64,000 nt of DNA from Coleofasciculus sp. B1-GNL1-01 (lineage in GTDB: Bacteria; Cyanobacteriota; Cyanobacteriia; Cyanobacteriales; Coleofasciculaceae): the NCBI GenBank assembly GCA_040220235.1, contig JAVJTO010000047.1. The stretch is one strand, 5' to 3'. Positions within the stretch are counted from its first letter, which is position 1. Each line of letters opens with the position of its first letter. A model generated the notes under the pieces. That model was not told the DNA's origin, did no database searches, and was given only the letters and a program-made list of their open reading frames with translations. Positions 31,955-42,146 of this stretch are shown piece by piece. Both the position numbers and the translations under genes were made by a program.

Positions 31955-32164
31955 ATGGCAAAGGAGCAAGTAGCGAAGCTGTTTCGAGATGCTAAGGCGA
32001 ATCCGGCTTTAAGAGAGGAACTTAGTGCTGCCCCCAACGTAGACGCCTTTATCGAAATGGCGAAAGAGCGGGGGTATGAGTTCACGGTCGAAGAATGGCA
32101 AGAAATGACAGGGTTTTCGGTTGAAGAAGTCGAGGGTAAGTTGTCAGAAATTCCGGGGTTATAA
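31955..32164 (+). CDS. Nif11-like leader-peptide family protein
   Basis: MAKEQVAKLF...PALREEL...MAKERGYEFTVEEW; AGGAG RBS. Confidence 0.8.
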   Translation: MAKEQVAKLFRDAKANPALREELSAAPNVDAFIEMAKERGYEFTVEEWQEMTGFSVEEVEGKLSEIPGL

Positions 32165-32334
32165 CGGTTTATTCGTAATTTGTAAAAATAATATTAAATC
32201 CATTGACCTTTTCCTGCGTTCGAGGGACTGCTTTTACCTGTTCATTGCTCCCTATTTTCTTTTTTAGTAGAGACGTTGCATACAATGTCTCTACAATAGT
32301 GTCGAACGTCCTAATCGATGTGTCTATTGCTATA

Positions 32335-32961
32335 TCATCTGAAAAAAGCTTGTATCCCAGCCTTAAAGCACTGGAAACTCGGCGATTGATTATTTTGAGG
32401 TTGCATATACTCAGAAATTGTTCGCGCTGCTTCAACCTTGTTCAAGCCGCCTTGATGGTATCCCTTTCCTTTTAGTAAGGCTTCCAAAGCTTCCCAGGTT
32501 CCTCCTTTAATTGCATCAGGGTAACGATAACGTTGTTGAGTCGCAAAACTTTTTGCGATTTTGGGATATGCTTGGCAGATAGCAGTTGCGTCTCCTAAAA
32601 ACCAGGCTTCAAGCTCTTCAATGGCAATGCGATTGAGTACGGTGAATTGTTGGCTTGAAGTGCTGGATTTAGTTGTAAATCCACTGAGAATGGCAAAATC
32701 TTCAAGCATTTTTTTTAAGTCTTGGCAATCATCATTGTCACGATCACAAAGGACAACAATCCGCCAATCATCTGGTAGCCAAGAGAGATAACCTTTGAGT
32801 CGTTGAGGAAGTTTCTTCAACAAATCCGGTTTTCCTTGGAATGAGTGAATTTCAAATTCAACATCAGAGGGAATAATTTTAGGCAATAGGTTTTTAAGAG
32901 CAACTTCTGCGGAATATTCTTCAACTAAAACTTCTAAATGTAATACCGTCATGTTGAGCAT
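32335..32961 (-). CDS. DUF4276 family (TOPRIM-like) protein
   Basis: LVEEYSAE, DRDNDD, EELEAWFLGD, NQSPSF; follows the ATPase gene. Confidence 0.8.
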   Translation of the reverse strand: MLNMTVLHLEVLVEEYSAEVALKNLLPKIIPSDVEFEIHSFQGKPDLLKKLPQRLKGYLSWLPDDWRIVVLCDRDNDDCQDLKKMLEDFAILSGFTTKSSTSSQQFTVLNRIAIEELEAWFLGDATAICQAYPKIAKSFATQQRYRYPDAIKGGTWEALEALLKGKGYHQGGLNKVEAARTISEYMQPQNNQSPSFQCFKAGIQAFFR

Positions 32962-32966
32962 AACTA

Positions 32967-34181
32967 CTAACGTTTAGTTTTAGGCGCACCCTGGTTTTTG
33001 AGCGGATCACCAAATTCAAAGTATCCCTCCATCCAGAGATTACCCAGGGTTGCACCTTCAGCCATAAATTCAGGAATACCGCGCATATCGGCAGCACACT
33101 TCGCCTGAGTGAAGCCCTCTTGATCACGATAGAGTACCCAAAGTTCTTCTGGGCGCAGAGCATCGACAAAGTACGGTGAGTGAGTCGTCACCATTAACTG
33201 GCTTTGTCCAGATGCAGTTCGGCACTCTTCGGCTAGCTCAGGTAGCAAACGAGGGTGGAGATGGTTTTCTGGTTCTTCAATGCCGATGAGTTTAGGTGGA
33301 TCGGGATCATAGAGAACAGTCAAATAGGCAAACATTTTCAGGGTGCCATCTGAGGCAAATTTAGCCAAAATGGGTCTTTGGAATGGGGCATCTTTGACTT
33401 GTAAGAGCAATCGCCCATCCTGCATCATCTCAGCATCAATGCTTTCTAGGCGCGGAATCCGACGAGTCAGGGTTGTTAGAATTTGATCGAGCTGCTCAGG
33501 ATACTGCTCTTTGAGATATTGAATGACATTAGGCAGGTTATCACCTGTTTCAGAGAGCCTTTCTTGAGGACCCGCTTCGGGTGTGCTACGAGTATGATCG
33601 GCTGTAAGATAAGACAGATACCAACCACTGATAAATCGACGCAGAGCGCTCACCCGAGGATTACTCGCGAATTGTCCCAGGGTATTCACTGCGAGAATGT
33701 CAGGAGAGTCTAGCTGTTGAGAAATACCTTCGTCTTCTTTCTCCGGCATTTCACCGCTGATGACTTCACCTGTCCCCTCCTTAAAGTTCAAAAACCGAAA
33801 TGGCGCACCTTTTTGTCCTCGTCGCCATTGTAAAGATTCTTCGGCAACATAAGGACCACGAGAACCTTCGTCAATTGCCAGGTAGTAGGTGATAATTGGA
33901 TCTTGTGGCTTTTCCCTATATTTCAACTCAAAAGATATTGGACCTTCCTCCCCCCGAGTTCGCAATTCTCGAAACCGTCCCCGCCGATCCCAAGCCCGAC
34001 GTAGACCAAATTGAAAGCATTCGGACAGAAATGCGAATATATCAAAAATGGTGGATTTACCACTGCCATTTGGACCCAAGAAGACTGTTAGTGGTGTAAT
34101 ATTTTTCAGTTCAAGATCCCGTAAAGCACGATAGTTTTTGACTCTCAGTTGTTCAATGCGGGGAATAACGGGTTTGGGCAT
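32967..34181 (-). CDS. ABC/AAA_21-type ATPase
   Basis: Walker A GPNGSGKS, signature SDGT, Walker [12 protein letters not shown]-loop TTHS. Confidence 0.9.
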   Translation of the reverse strand: MPKPVIPRIEQLRVKNYRALRDLELKNITPLTVFLGPNGSGKSTIFDIFAFLSECFQFGLRRAWDRRGRFRELRTRGEEGPISFELKYREKPQDPIITYYLAIDEGSRGPYVAEESLQWRRGQKGAPFRFLNFKEGTGEVISGEMPEKEDEGISQQLDSPDILAVNTLGQFASNPRVSALRRFISGWYLSYLTADHTRSTPEAGPQERLSETGDNLPNVIQYLKEQYPEQLDQILTTLTRRIPRLESIDAEMMQDGRLLLQVKDAPFQRPILAKFASDGTLKMFAYLTVLYDPDPPKLIGIEEPENHLHPRLLPELAEECRTASGQSQLMVTTHSPYFVDALRPEELWVLYRDQEGFTQAKCAADMRGIPEFMAEGATLGNLWMEGYFEFGDPLKNQGAPKTKR

Positions 34182-34358
34182 GGTGGATTGGATGGGTAGT
34201 CTTCTAGATTGTACAACCGCCTCCTTCCCCCTCAGTTCGTCAAACGCTGTCTATGATTGCCGTTCCCAAAGATTCCAGCCGATAAAGGAATCAGCCACGC
34301 CCTCTGACGTCGCTACAATAGGAAGACTGAAGCGTAATGCTTCCTATAAGTTAGGGGG

Positions 34359-35750
34359 ATGACGATGGGTTTGCCAGTAGTTGCTGTAATCGGACGCCCG
34401 AATGTGGGCAAATCAACGCTTGTCAATCGGTTAGCCGGGGTGATGGATGCGATTGTCCATGATCAACCGGGAGTTACCCGCGATCGCACGTATCGACCCG
34501 CGTTCTGGCAAGACCGGGATTACTCGATTGTAGACACCGGGGGTTTGGTTTTTGATGATGATACCGAATTTCTGCCCCTGATTCGAGAACAGGCAATGGC
34601 AGCCCTCAGCGAAGCCAGCGCCGCTATATTAGTGGTCGATGGTCAAGCGGGTCCCACGGCGGCTGATCAGGCGATCGCAGATTGGCTACGCCAGCACCCT
34701 GTCCCGGTTGTTCTGGCTGTAAACAAGTGCGAATCCCCCCAACAAGGACTAATCCAAGCGGCTGAGTTTTGGGAACTCGGTTTAGGCGAACCTTTCCCCG
34801 TCTCGGCGATTCACGGTGCAGGAACAGGAGAACTTCTGGATCAACTGATTACCCATTTGCCCACGGTGGGAATGCTTCCCGACTCCTCAGAAATCAACGT
34901 GGCGATTGTCGGACGTCCGAATGTGGGTAAATCTAGTCTATTAAATGCCCTGACGGGAGAAAAACGGGCGATCGTCAGTTCCGTTTCGGGTACGACCCGC
35001 GATGCCATTGATATGATTGTCGAACGCCCCGGAAACCCAGAAACTGAGAGTGAATCTCAACTCTATCGTCTTATTGATACCGCAGGCATTCGTAGGAAGA
35101 AAAATGTCGAATATGGACCGGAATTTTTTGGCATTAATCGCGCCTTCAAAGCCATTCGCCGTGCTGATGTGGTTCTCTTCGTGGTTGATGCCCTAGATGG
35201 TGTTACCGAACAAGACCAAAAACTTGCTGGACGCATTGCTGAAGATGGACGGGCGGCGGTTATCTTGGTCAACAAATGGGATGCGATTGAAAAAGATACC
35301 TATACGATCTATGAATACGAAAAACTGCTGAAAAATCGCCTCTATTTTATTGAATGGGCACCGATGATTTTTGTCAGCGCCTTGACCGGAAAACGAGTAG
35401 ACAAAATTCTCGATTTAGTCGATACTGTTGCCGCCGAACACCAGCGCCGCGTCAGTACGTCTGTGATTAATGAAGTGCTTGAAGAAGCCATTAACTGGCA
35501 TTCCCCGCCCACCAACCGCCAAGGACGCCAAGGCAAAATTTACTACGGCACCCAGGTTAAAACTAAACCCCCAACGATTGCCCTGTTTGTCAATGATCCG
35601 AAACGATTTAATGAAAACTATCGCCGCTATATTGAGCGTCAATTTCGCCAACAACTGGGTTTTACAGGGACACCCTTGCGTCTATTATGGCGCGGTAAGA
35701 AAGTCCGCGATGTTGAAAGCAGCCGAGCTAATCGAGCCGTTCGGGTTTAA
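34359..35750 (+). CDS. der: Ribosome biogenesis GTPase Der (EngA)
   Basis: Two GRPNVGKS G-domains, DTGG/DTAG, NKCE/NKWD, KH-like C-terminus. Confidence 0.97.
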   Translation: MTMGLPVVAVIGRPNVGKSTLVNRLAGVMDAIVHDQPGVTRDRTYRPAFWQDRDYSIVDTGGLVFDDDTEFLPLIREQAMAALSEASAAILVVDGQAGPTAADQAIADWLRQHPVPVVLAVNKCESPQQGLIQAAEFWELGLGEPFPVSAIHGAGTGELLDQLITHLPTVGMLPDSSEINVAIVGRPNVGKSSLLNALTGEKRAIVSSVSGTTRDAIDMIVERPGNPETESESQLYRLIDTAGIRRKKNVEYGPEFFGINRAFKAIRRADVVLFVVDALDGVTEQDQKLAGRIAEDGRAAVILVNKWDAIEKDTYTIYEYEKLLKNRLYFIEWAPMIFVSALTGKRVDKILDLVDTVAAEHQRRVSTSVINEVLEEAINWHSPPTNRQGRQGKIYYGTQVKTKPPTIALFVNDPKRFNENYRRYIERQFRQQLGFTGTPLRLLWRGKKVRDVESSRANRAVRV

Positions 35751-35942
35751 TTTGTCCTTTGTCTTATGTCCTTTGTCAAGGGTCAATGGTCAAAACAAGA
35801 GTGAGATGGGATACATTGATTCTTGACAACCTTCGAGGGTATATTTTTGCCTATTCCCCATTCCCTTTTGCCGAATGACGTAGCTTGCTTCTCGCGAAGC
35901 GAGTATGACGAATGACGAATGACGAATGACAAATGACAAACC

Positions 35943-36947
35943 ATGGACTTACTGCGATCGCTCCCGTTAGGGCTATACCTGGAACAACCTGTAACTTGGC
36001 TCCATTACCTGGATTCTCGGGTAAAACTTATCTGGTTAATGAGCTTTTTGGCAGTACCTTTATTAGCCAATCCCTATTGCCGTTTGGCAGTTGTTGTGGT
36101 ACTTATTTTGCTCACCCTGTCAGCCCGTATCCCCTTACGGGTTTGGCGTCAGCAGATGGGTTGGTTGCTGATGCTATCAGTATTTGTGTTTATTCTCACC
36201 GCGATCGCACCCGATGGATTGGCGGTTGATCATCAGTATCGGCTTCCTGAGGCGGACATCCTCATGGTTGAGTCTGCTGAAACCTCAGCACAGGCATCGC
36301 CTCAACCTAGACCCTGGTATAATCCTTTTGGCATCGGACGTGAATTGGTTCCAGAGGCTTCTGAAAGTGAAACCTTTATCTTGACCAATTTACCCCAACC
36401 GACGGACTACAGATATATTCTCCTGGAAGCGGGTCCAGTAACAATTACCCGTCGCTCATTGGATCTAGCGGTTCGGGTCAGTACCGTAATTTTTACACTA
36501 ATTTATAGTACCAATCTTTACTTGCTCACCACCGCCCCAGAAGAAATTACCGCCGGGTTAGAAAGTCTAATGCTTCCCTTACGGCGTCTGAATATTCCAG
36601 TGACAGAAATTGCTCTAACATTAACCTTATCCTTGCGTTTTATTCCCTTAGTTTTGGAGGAAGTTCAAAATTTAGTCCGTTCGATTCGGACTCGTGCGAT
36701 TAACTGGAAAAAGCTAGGGGTTCGCCGCAGCGCCCAAGTTTGGATCATGGTGACTGAACGGTTATTAGAAAACCTACTCATGCGAGCTGATCAAATTGCC
36801 AAAGCGATGACAGTGCGTGGTTTTACCAGTCCCAACCAGCATCGAGTCCAATGGCATCAACTTCGCTTACACTGGGGAGACTGGATCGCGATCGCGACTT
36901 TAGCGCCGTTTTGGGTAGCGCGGCTGATTTGGGGAGGAATGGGGTGA
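35943..36947 (+). CDS. ecfT: ECF transporter transmembrane component T (CbiQ/Ycf92-like)
   Basis: LRSLPLGLYLEQP, LRFIPLVLEE, RTRA and AMTVRGF motifs. Confidence 0.85.
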   Translation: MDLLRSLPLGLYLEQPVTWLHYLDSRVKLIWLMSFLAVPLLANPYCRLAVVVVLILLTLSARIPLRVWRQQMGWLLMLSVFVFILTAIAPDGLAVDHQYRLPEADILMVESAETSAQASPQPRPWYNPFGIGRELVPEASESETFILTNLPQPTDYRYILLEAGPVTITRRSLDLAVRVSTVIFTLIYSTNLYLLTTAPEEITAGLESLMLPLRRLNIPVTEIALTLTLSLRFIPLVLEEVQNLVRSIRTRAINWKKLGVRRSAQVWIMVTERLLENLLMRADQIAKAMTVRGFTSPNQHRVQWHQLRLHWGDWIAIATLAPFWVARLIWGGMG

Positions 36948-37087
36948 TGGAGGTAAACAGAATGATAACTGAAATCACATAGTTGTAGGGGCGGGTTTAG
37001 GCACTCAATCTGCTTATTACTGATGACGGAACAACAAAACCCGCCCTTCCTTACGATCAAAAATAGGTTCTTGAGTCGCTCGATTCT

Positions 37088-37852
37088 CTATTCATCGGTG
37101 AAATTCTGACAACGCGAATTGTGTGGATAAGACTCACAAAATTCATCTAAATCTGTTGAATAAGTCTCGGAATTATCGACTGTTGTTTCTTGAGTTTCCG
37201 GTTCCTCTTCGGCAGGAATTTCCGCGAAAATTCCCGTTAATCGTTCCAAATTGCTTCTTAACGTCAGTCCCAATTCCCGTTCGGTTACTAAGGTCAAAAC
37301 CTGTGTCGTTGCGGGCTCAGATTCTCCGGTGAAACCTACCTCAATTTGGGCAATCTTATCCGGTTTGGTGAAAACGGCACCCAGAACGCCGAACAGCAAA
37401 GTATTACCAATAATCCGACCCACGTTAGCTTTTTTGCCTTCTTGATAGGTTAGGGTATCAACATTACTTGCCGCAACAGTAATTTCCTGGGTGGGTCTTT
37501 CATCATCCAAAACCGCAAGGCGATCGCCTTGTTCAATATAAGCGGTTATGATTCCCTCAGTGAGGGAGATTTTGCATTTACCGGATAGATCAGTTTCACC
37601 AGAGGTTAAGGCGCAGATTCCCTCATGACCCGAACGCTGTTTGAGCGAGACGGGGGGTTCGTAGCCTTCACAGCGCGAATTTAAGGGGAATTTCGTACAT
37701 AAGGTGTAAAGGTCAACTTCCGGGTTAGCTTGTGCGGGACGTGAGGCGGTAAGAAAAAAACTGGTTAGGGAGGTGGTGGCTAGGATTATGGTTGTGGTTC
37801 CGCTGAAAACCAGGCGATTCAGTTTAGGGTAGAAGCTGGAAGTCATAGTCAA
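37088..37852 (-). CDS. Exported hypothetical protein with two CxxxPxNSRC motifs
   Basis: Signal peptide ending PAQA; LCTKFPLNSRC and FCESYPHNSRC. Confidence 0.7.
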   Translation of the reverse strand: MTMTSSFYPKLNRLVFSGTTTIILATTSLTSFFLTASRPAQANPEVDLYTLCTKFPLNSRCEGYEPPVSLKQRSGHEGICALTSGETDLSGKCKISLTEGIITAYIEQGDRLAVLDDERPTQEITVAASNVDTLTYQEGKKANVGRIIGNTLLFGVLGAVFTKPDKIAQIEVGFTGESEPATTQVLTLVTERELGLTLRSNLERLTGIFAEIPAEEEPETQETTVDNSETYSTDLDEFCESYPHNSRCQNFTDE

Positions 37853-38159
37853 TATCCAAATTATGCCGTCGCTGGAACGTATATCTCGGTAGTGTCAGCT
37901 TATGCAGTTTGAATTCCCTGTTCCCTGTTACACACCGAGCGAAGCCGAGGTGTTCCCTGTTCCCTAACAAATGACCAATGACCAATGACCAATGACCAAT
38001 GACCAATCACAAGCGGTAGGATGATAAATCTACAGTTCTTAGTATCGGTCTATACTTAATCACTCTGCCCTTGTTGTCAGTTTATTGCTGATGACGGGAG
38101 TGAAACGCTGAAACTGAGAACTGTTGTTGTGTGTGTGAGGTTGGAAAACCCCTTCGTTC

Positions 38160-39569
38160 ATGCTGTCTCTATTCGCCAATTTCTCGCTGGCTCAAGTTGT
38201 TATCCCTGTCCCCCCGACAACCCCAACTCCTCCTCCCGCCCAGGAATTGGTGGTGCAACCCCAGCAAATACGACCCCTACCCGGACAACTGGATCAGATA
38301 CCTGTCTTTAATAGCAATAGTCCCGAAGTGATCCAAACCGAGGGGATTCTACTGTCAACCTTCCCCCCTTACGGAAAAGCGAGTCCCGGCGCTCATTTAA
38401 ATTTTCCGCTTTCTGGACGCTTTGATATCTTTGCTCATCATATCGCCCGCTCCAATACGCCAGAGGAATGGCGACCCATGTACCAAGGGGTTCTGGTTCA
38501 CAATGCAGGGAGTCAACCTGTAACCTTAGATATTTTGCAAGCGGTGAGTTATGTAACCAATCCGGATGCTCCGTTTATCAACTTACCGCCCTATATGGAC
38601 AATCCCTTTGGTTTGGTCTACTCTGGTCCTGGTTCACGGGTAGCCACCGATATCCTGCGTGGTGTGCATCAATCCTCCTTTCCGTCTCAAGTTGTTATTC
38701 CGCCGCGACAGAGCGAAATGGTATTCAATTTACCGATTGCTTTGGGCAATTCCCGGTCTACGTTGATGCGTCTGCGAACCAATCGACCTGTTTATATGGC
38801 AAGTTTAGCCATGTATGCACCCCTGAATTCCGATCGCAAAGTGGATGGAAAACCTTTAGGAACACCTGGGCTTCCCTATCGTCCACCGACTCTTGACGAA
38901 TGGCGGTATTTATTATTTAAAGGCAATTTAGCCGGACCACGCGATCGCATCCCGACACCACCCAACCAGACGGACGGTAAAATTGTCTATGGTCGGGTCG
39001 CAGGTGTGGCGGTCGGTTCTCAATGGCGTACTGAGGTTGTAGATCGCCCGGGTGCGTCGAATCTGAGTATTCCTCAACCGGGTCAAGCATTTTCCTATCC
39101 CCTAAGTACGGTACCGTTTATCACCTTAGGGACTGATCAAGTGCAGAGTGCGCCCCTGAAAGTCCGTTACCCCGATACTGCTTATCGCGCCCATGGTAAT
39201 TATGGGGTGCATTATCACCTCACCTTGCCTTTAGTCAACCGGACAGATGCTTCCCAAACCGTAACTTTAGCCATTCAAACCCCGCTTAAACCCGACGAAG
39301 AAGAAGAAACCGACAACCTGCACTTTTTGAATCCTCCCGATTCCCAAGTCTTCTTTCGGGGTACAGTACAACTTCGCTACACCGATGATCGGGGATTAGC
39401 CCGTACCCGTTCAGTTCATCTAGTGCAACATCGGGGTCAAGCTGGAGAACCGTTGCTGACGCTAAAAATGCCTCCAGGCGATCGCCGTTTTGTCGAAGTT
39501 GACTTTATCTATCCGGCAGATGCAACGCCACCCCAGGTGTTAACCATTCGGACATTACGATCGCCTTAA
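38160..39569 (+). CDS. DUF3370 family protein
   Basis: PVFNSNSPE, GILLSTFP, YSGPGSR, HGNYGV, FFRGTV, YPADATPPQVLT. Confidence 0.85.
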   Translation: MLSLFANFSLAQVVIPVPPTTPTPPPAQELVVQPQQIRPLPGQLDQIPVFNSNSPEVIQTEGILLSTFPPYGKASPGAHLNFPLSGRFDIFAHHIARSNTPEEWRPMYQGVLVHNAGSQPVTLDILQAVSYVTNPDAPFINLPPYMDNPFGLVYSGPGSRVATDILRGVHQSSFPSQVVIPPRQSEMVFNLPIALGNSRSTLMRLRTNRPVYMASLAMYAPLNSDRKVDGKPLGTPGLPYRPPTLDEWRYLLFKGNLAGPRDRIPTPPNQTDGKIVYGRVAGVAVGSQWRTEVVDRPGASNLSIPQPGQAFSYPLSTVPFITLGTDQVQSAPLKVRYPDTAYRAHGNYGVHYHLTLPLVNRTDASQTVTLAIQTPLKPDEEEETDNLHFLNPPDSQVFFRGTVQLRYTDDRGLARTRSVHLVQHRGQAGEPLLTLKMPPGDRRFVEVDFIYPADATPPQVLTIRTLRSP

Positions 39570-39574
39570 GAAGG

Positions 39575-39628
39575 CTGGGGGCGCTGGGGAAGCTAGGGAA
39601 GCTGGGGAAGCTGGGGAAGCTTGGGAAG
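39575..39628. repeat. 9-bp tandem repeat (GCTGGGGAA); related CCCCCTGCT array at about 55054-55095
   Basis: Directly visible. Confidence 0.75.
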
Positions 39629-39820
39629 CAATTAGAACGTCTATTGTAGGGGCGGGTTTTACCATTAACATTGGCTTGTCATCCTGATATCACTAAACCC
39701 GCCCCGATTGAGTGCTTCGATAAATGACGTAGCTTGCTGGGAGCGAAGCGAGTATGAGCAATGACCAATGACCAATGACCAATGACCAATGACAATCTAA
39801 ATTATTCCCACCTCCTTAAT

Positions 39821-40030
39821 TTAGCCATCTGGGAACTGCCAACAGGGAATCCGTTCAATATTGTGGCTACCGCAGTGATTACAGGCACTCTTTAACGAGG
39901 AGTCCACCCATTCATCACCGCAATGGCGACAATGACAAAAAATATTGTTGTGATTGGCGATTTCGATTTTCTGACGCCATTGGTTCAACAGAGTATTATC
40001 TTGTTCGTTTTCGTTGCCAATTTCTGACAT
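39821..40030 (-). CDS. Small zinc-ribbon protein
   Basis: CHCRHC...CNHCGS and CWQFPDG C-terminus. Confidence 0.7.
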   Translation of the reverse strand: MSEIGNENEQDNTLLNQWRQKIEIANHNNIFCHCRHCGDEWVDSSLKSACNHCGSHNIERIPCWQFPDG

Positions 40031-40289
40031 AGTATTATTCAACACCTGCAAAACCGTTGTAATGCGTTAAGCGAAGCCATGCCGCAGGCTTTGCATCTTG
40101 CTCGCTACCCATTCCCAATTTAAATGGGTGACAACTTATGCAGCAAACCCTAGCTTAAATCTGAGGTAGGAGCAGGTGCAAGTCACTCCAGAAAAGATAT
40201 CATCGATACATTCAACTAAACCCGCTCTTCCAGGGCAAACCCCAACGAAGAGGGCGATACAATTAGTTAGTGCCAGCGCTCTTGGAAAC

Positions 40290-41720
40290 ATGGAAATTTA
40301 CTGCACTCGTCCCACCTGTCCTCGCCCTCAAAACTTTTTTGCCGATCTCGATGACAAGGCGACACTGCAAACGGCACAACAGAAGTATTGTACGGCTTGT
40401 GGAATGCCCTTGATTTTAGTGGGTCGCTATCTTCCTACCAAGTTACTGGGTCAGGGCGGCTTTGGTACCGCATTTCTGGCACGCGATCGCTATACGCCAA
40501 CGATGCGTGATTGTGTCGTGAAGCAGTTCCAGCCGTCTGGTGATTTAAGCCCCCAACAACTCGCTATTGCCCAAGGTTTATTTGAACGGGAAGCGGAGGT
40601 ATTAGAACAACTCGGTAATGATCATCCCCAAATTCCCAATCTTTATGCTTTTTTCCCCTTAAGTGTTAGTAACCTACACCAATCGGGTAAAGAAGACCAG
40701 TTTTTCTACTTAGTCCAGGAATTTATTGATGGACAAGACTTGGAGGAGGAACTGCAAACCAAAGGGACATTCTCTGAAGCTGAAGTCTTAGAGGTGTTAC
40801 GAGCAATGCTCAAGGTACTCCAGTTTGTCCATGATAATGGTTCAATCCATCGGGATATTAAGCCCTCTAATATTATGCGTCACCAGAATGGACGCTTGTA
40901 CCTGTTGGATTTTGGTGCGGTTAAACAAGTCACCAAAGGCGCAGCCGGAACCCCCTCTGGTAAATCTACGGGAATTTATTCGATGGGATTTGCGCCACCC
41001 GAACAGATGTCAGGGGCGCAAGTGTACCCGTCAACAGACTTGTATGCGTTGGCGGTAACGTTGATTATGTTGCTGACGGGGAAAGAGCCAGAAGAGTTAT
41101 ATGATTCCTACAATAACTCTTGGAACTGGAGACCCTACACCCAGGTTAGTGATACGCTAGCAGACGTCTTAAACCGTATGCTTCTGCCAACCCCAAATAA
41201 ACGCTTTCAATCGGCTCAAGAGGTGATGGACGCCCTCAAACCGCGTCGAACTCCCCCAGCACCACCGCCTCCACCTCCCCCCACTCCCAAACCCCAACCA
41301 GCCGTTCAACCCCAACCTGTGGTTCAACCGCAACCTGTGGTTCAGCAACAACCCGCGATTCAGCGACAAAAACCCAACTTTACCCTATCAGAAACCTTAA
41401 TCGGGGCAGGGTTTACTGGCTTTGAAGGAGCGTTACTGTTTATTGCACTGAAAAGTTTTCTGGGAATCTCAGGGATTAGTGTGGGATTAGTGGGAATGAT
41501 TGTCGGGGGTTTAATTTATACGCAATACCGCCGGATTATTGAAGGCAAAGACTTGCTAATTTTAGCTGGAATAACATTGGTATTACTGTTCATACCAGCA
41601 TTACGGCTTGGGTTATCCATTCCTGGCGTCATCTTGGCTGGAGTGTTGGTTGGCGCAGGTGCGATCGCCATTACTGCTCTATTTCGCTTGATTTATTTAC
41701 TACTGTCTCGTTTTCTGTGA
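40290..41720 (+). CDS. Ser/Thr protein kinase with 4-Cys prefix and C-terminal TM helices
   Basis: YCTRPTC...CTACG, GQGGFG, VVK, HRDIKPSN, DFG, APPE; Pro/Gln linker; ATG 40290 chosen (GTG 40176 is an alternative). Confidence 0.92.
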   Translation: MEIYCTRPTCPRPQNFFADLDDKATLQTAQQKYCTACGMPLILVGRYLPTKLLGQGGFGTAFLARDRYTPTMRDCVVKQFQPSGDLSPQQLAIAQGLFEREAEVLEQLGNDHPQIPNLYAFFPLSVSNLHQSGKEDQFFYLVQEFIDGQDLEEELQTKGTFSEAEVLEVLRAMLKVLQFVHDNGSIHRDIKPSNIMRHQNGRLYLLDFGAVKQVTKGAAGTPSGKSTGIYSMGFAPPEQMSGAQVYPSTDLYALAVTLIMLLTGKEPEELYDSYNNSWNWRPYTQVSDTLADVLNRMLLPTPNKRFQSAQEVMDALKPRRTPPAPPPPPPPTPKPQPAVQPQPVVQPQPVVQQQPAIQRQKPNFTLSETLIGAGFTGFEGALLFIALKSFLGISGISVGLVGMIVGGLIYTQYRRIIEGKDLLILAGITLVLLFIPALRLGLSIPGVILAGVLVGAGAIAITALFRLIYLLLSRFL

Positions 41721-41900
41721 AGCTAAGGGAGATACAAGGCGCGATCGCACCGCTCATATTTGATAACCGTCTTGGTACTATAGACTACCAGTTTAGTCAT
41801 AAAATCGATCTAAAATTGACCCAAAACTGTAACTCAAACTAGGCAATACTTCATTCTATAACTTATAGATTCTGCCCTATGTCTTCTTTGGATATGAACA

Positions 41901-42146
41901 GTCAACAACTCACCGCTAAGTTCTAGCGAACTATAGCGGGAGCTTGTGAAAACAGGCTCTAGTTGACCAGACTAAGTTCTGCGAGAACTACGTTATTCAG
42001 CTCATGACACCCTAAGATGCGTGCCAGTTTTAGGCTCTGTCGTACAGTTTTAAACAGGTGTAGAGAGTTAAGCCAGTGAGCTGTACCCAACAAGGCTGGA
42101 TAACATTGTCGAGGCAAACTTTACCAGTAATGAGAGTCTCAAAGTA
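41901..42146 (+). ncRNA. omegaRNA (HEARO-type) scaffold of IscB
   Basis: GTCAAC...GTTGACCAGACTAAG...CTACGTT...GACACC...GCTCTG...AACATTGTCGAGG pattern directly upstream of iscB. Confidence 0.85.

Noticed and set aside
37824..38006. ORF beginning MVIGHWSLVIGH
   Set aside because: Translation of heptamer repeats, not a real gene
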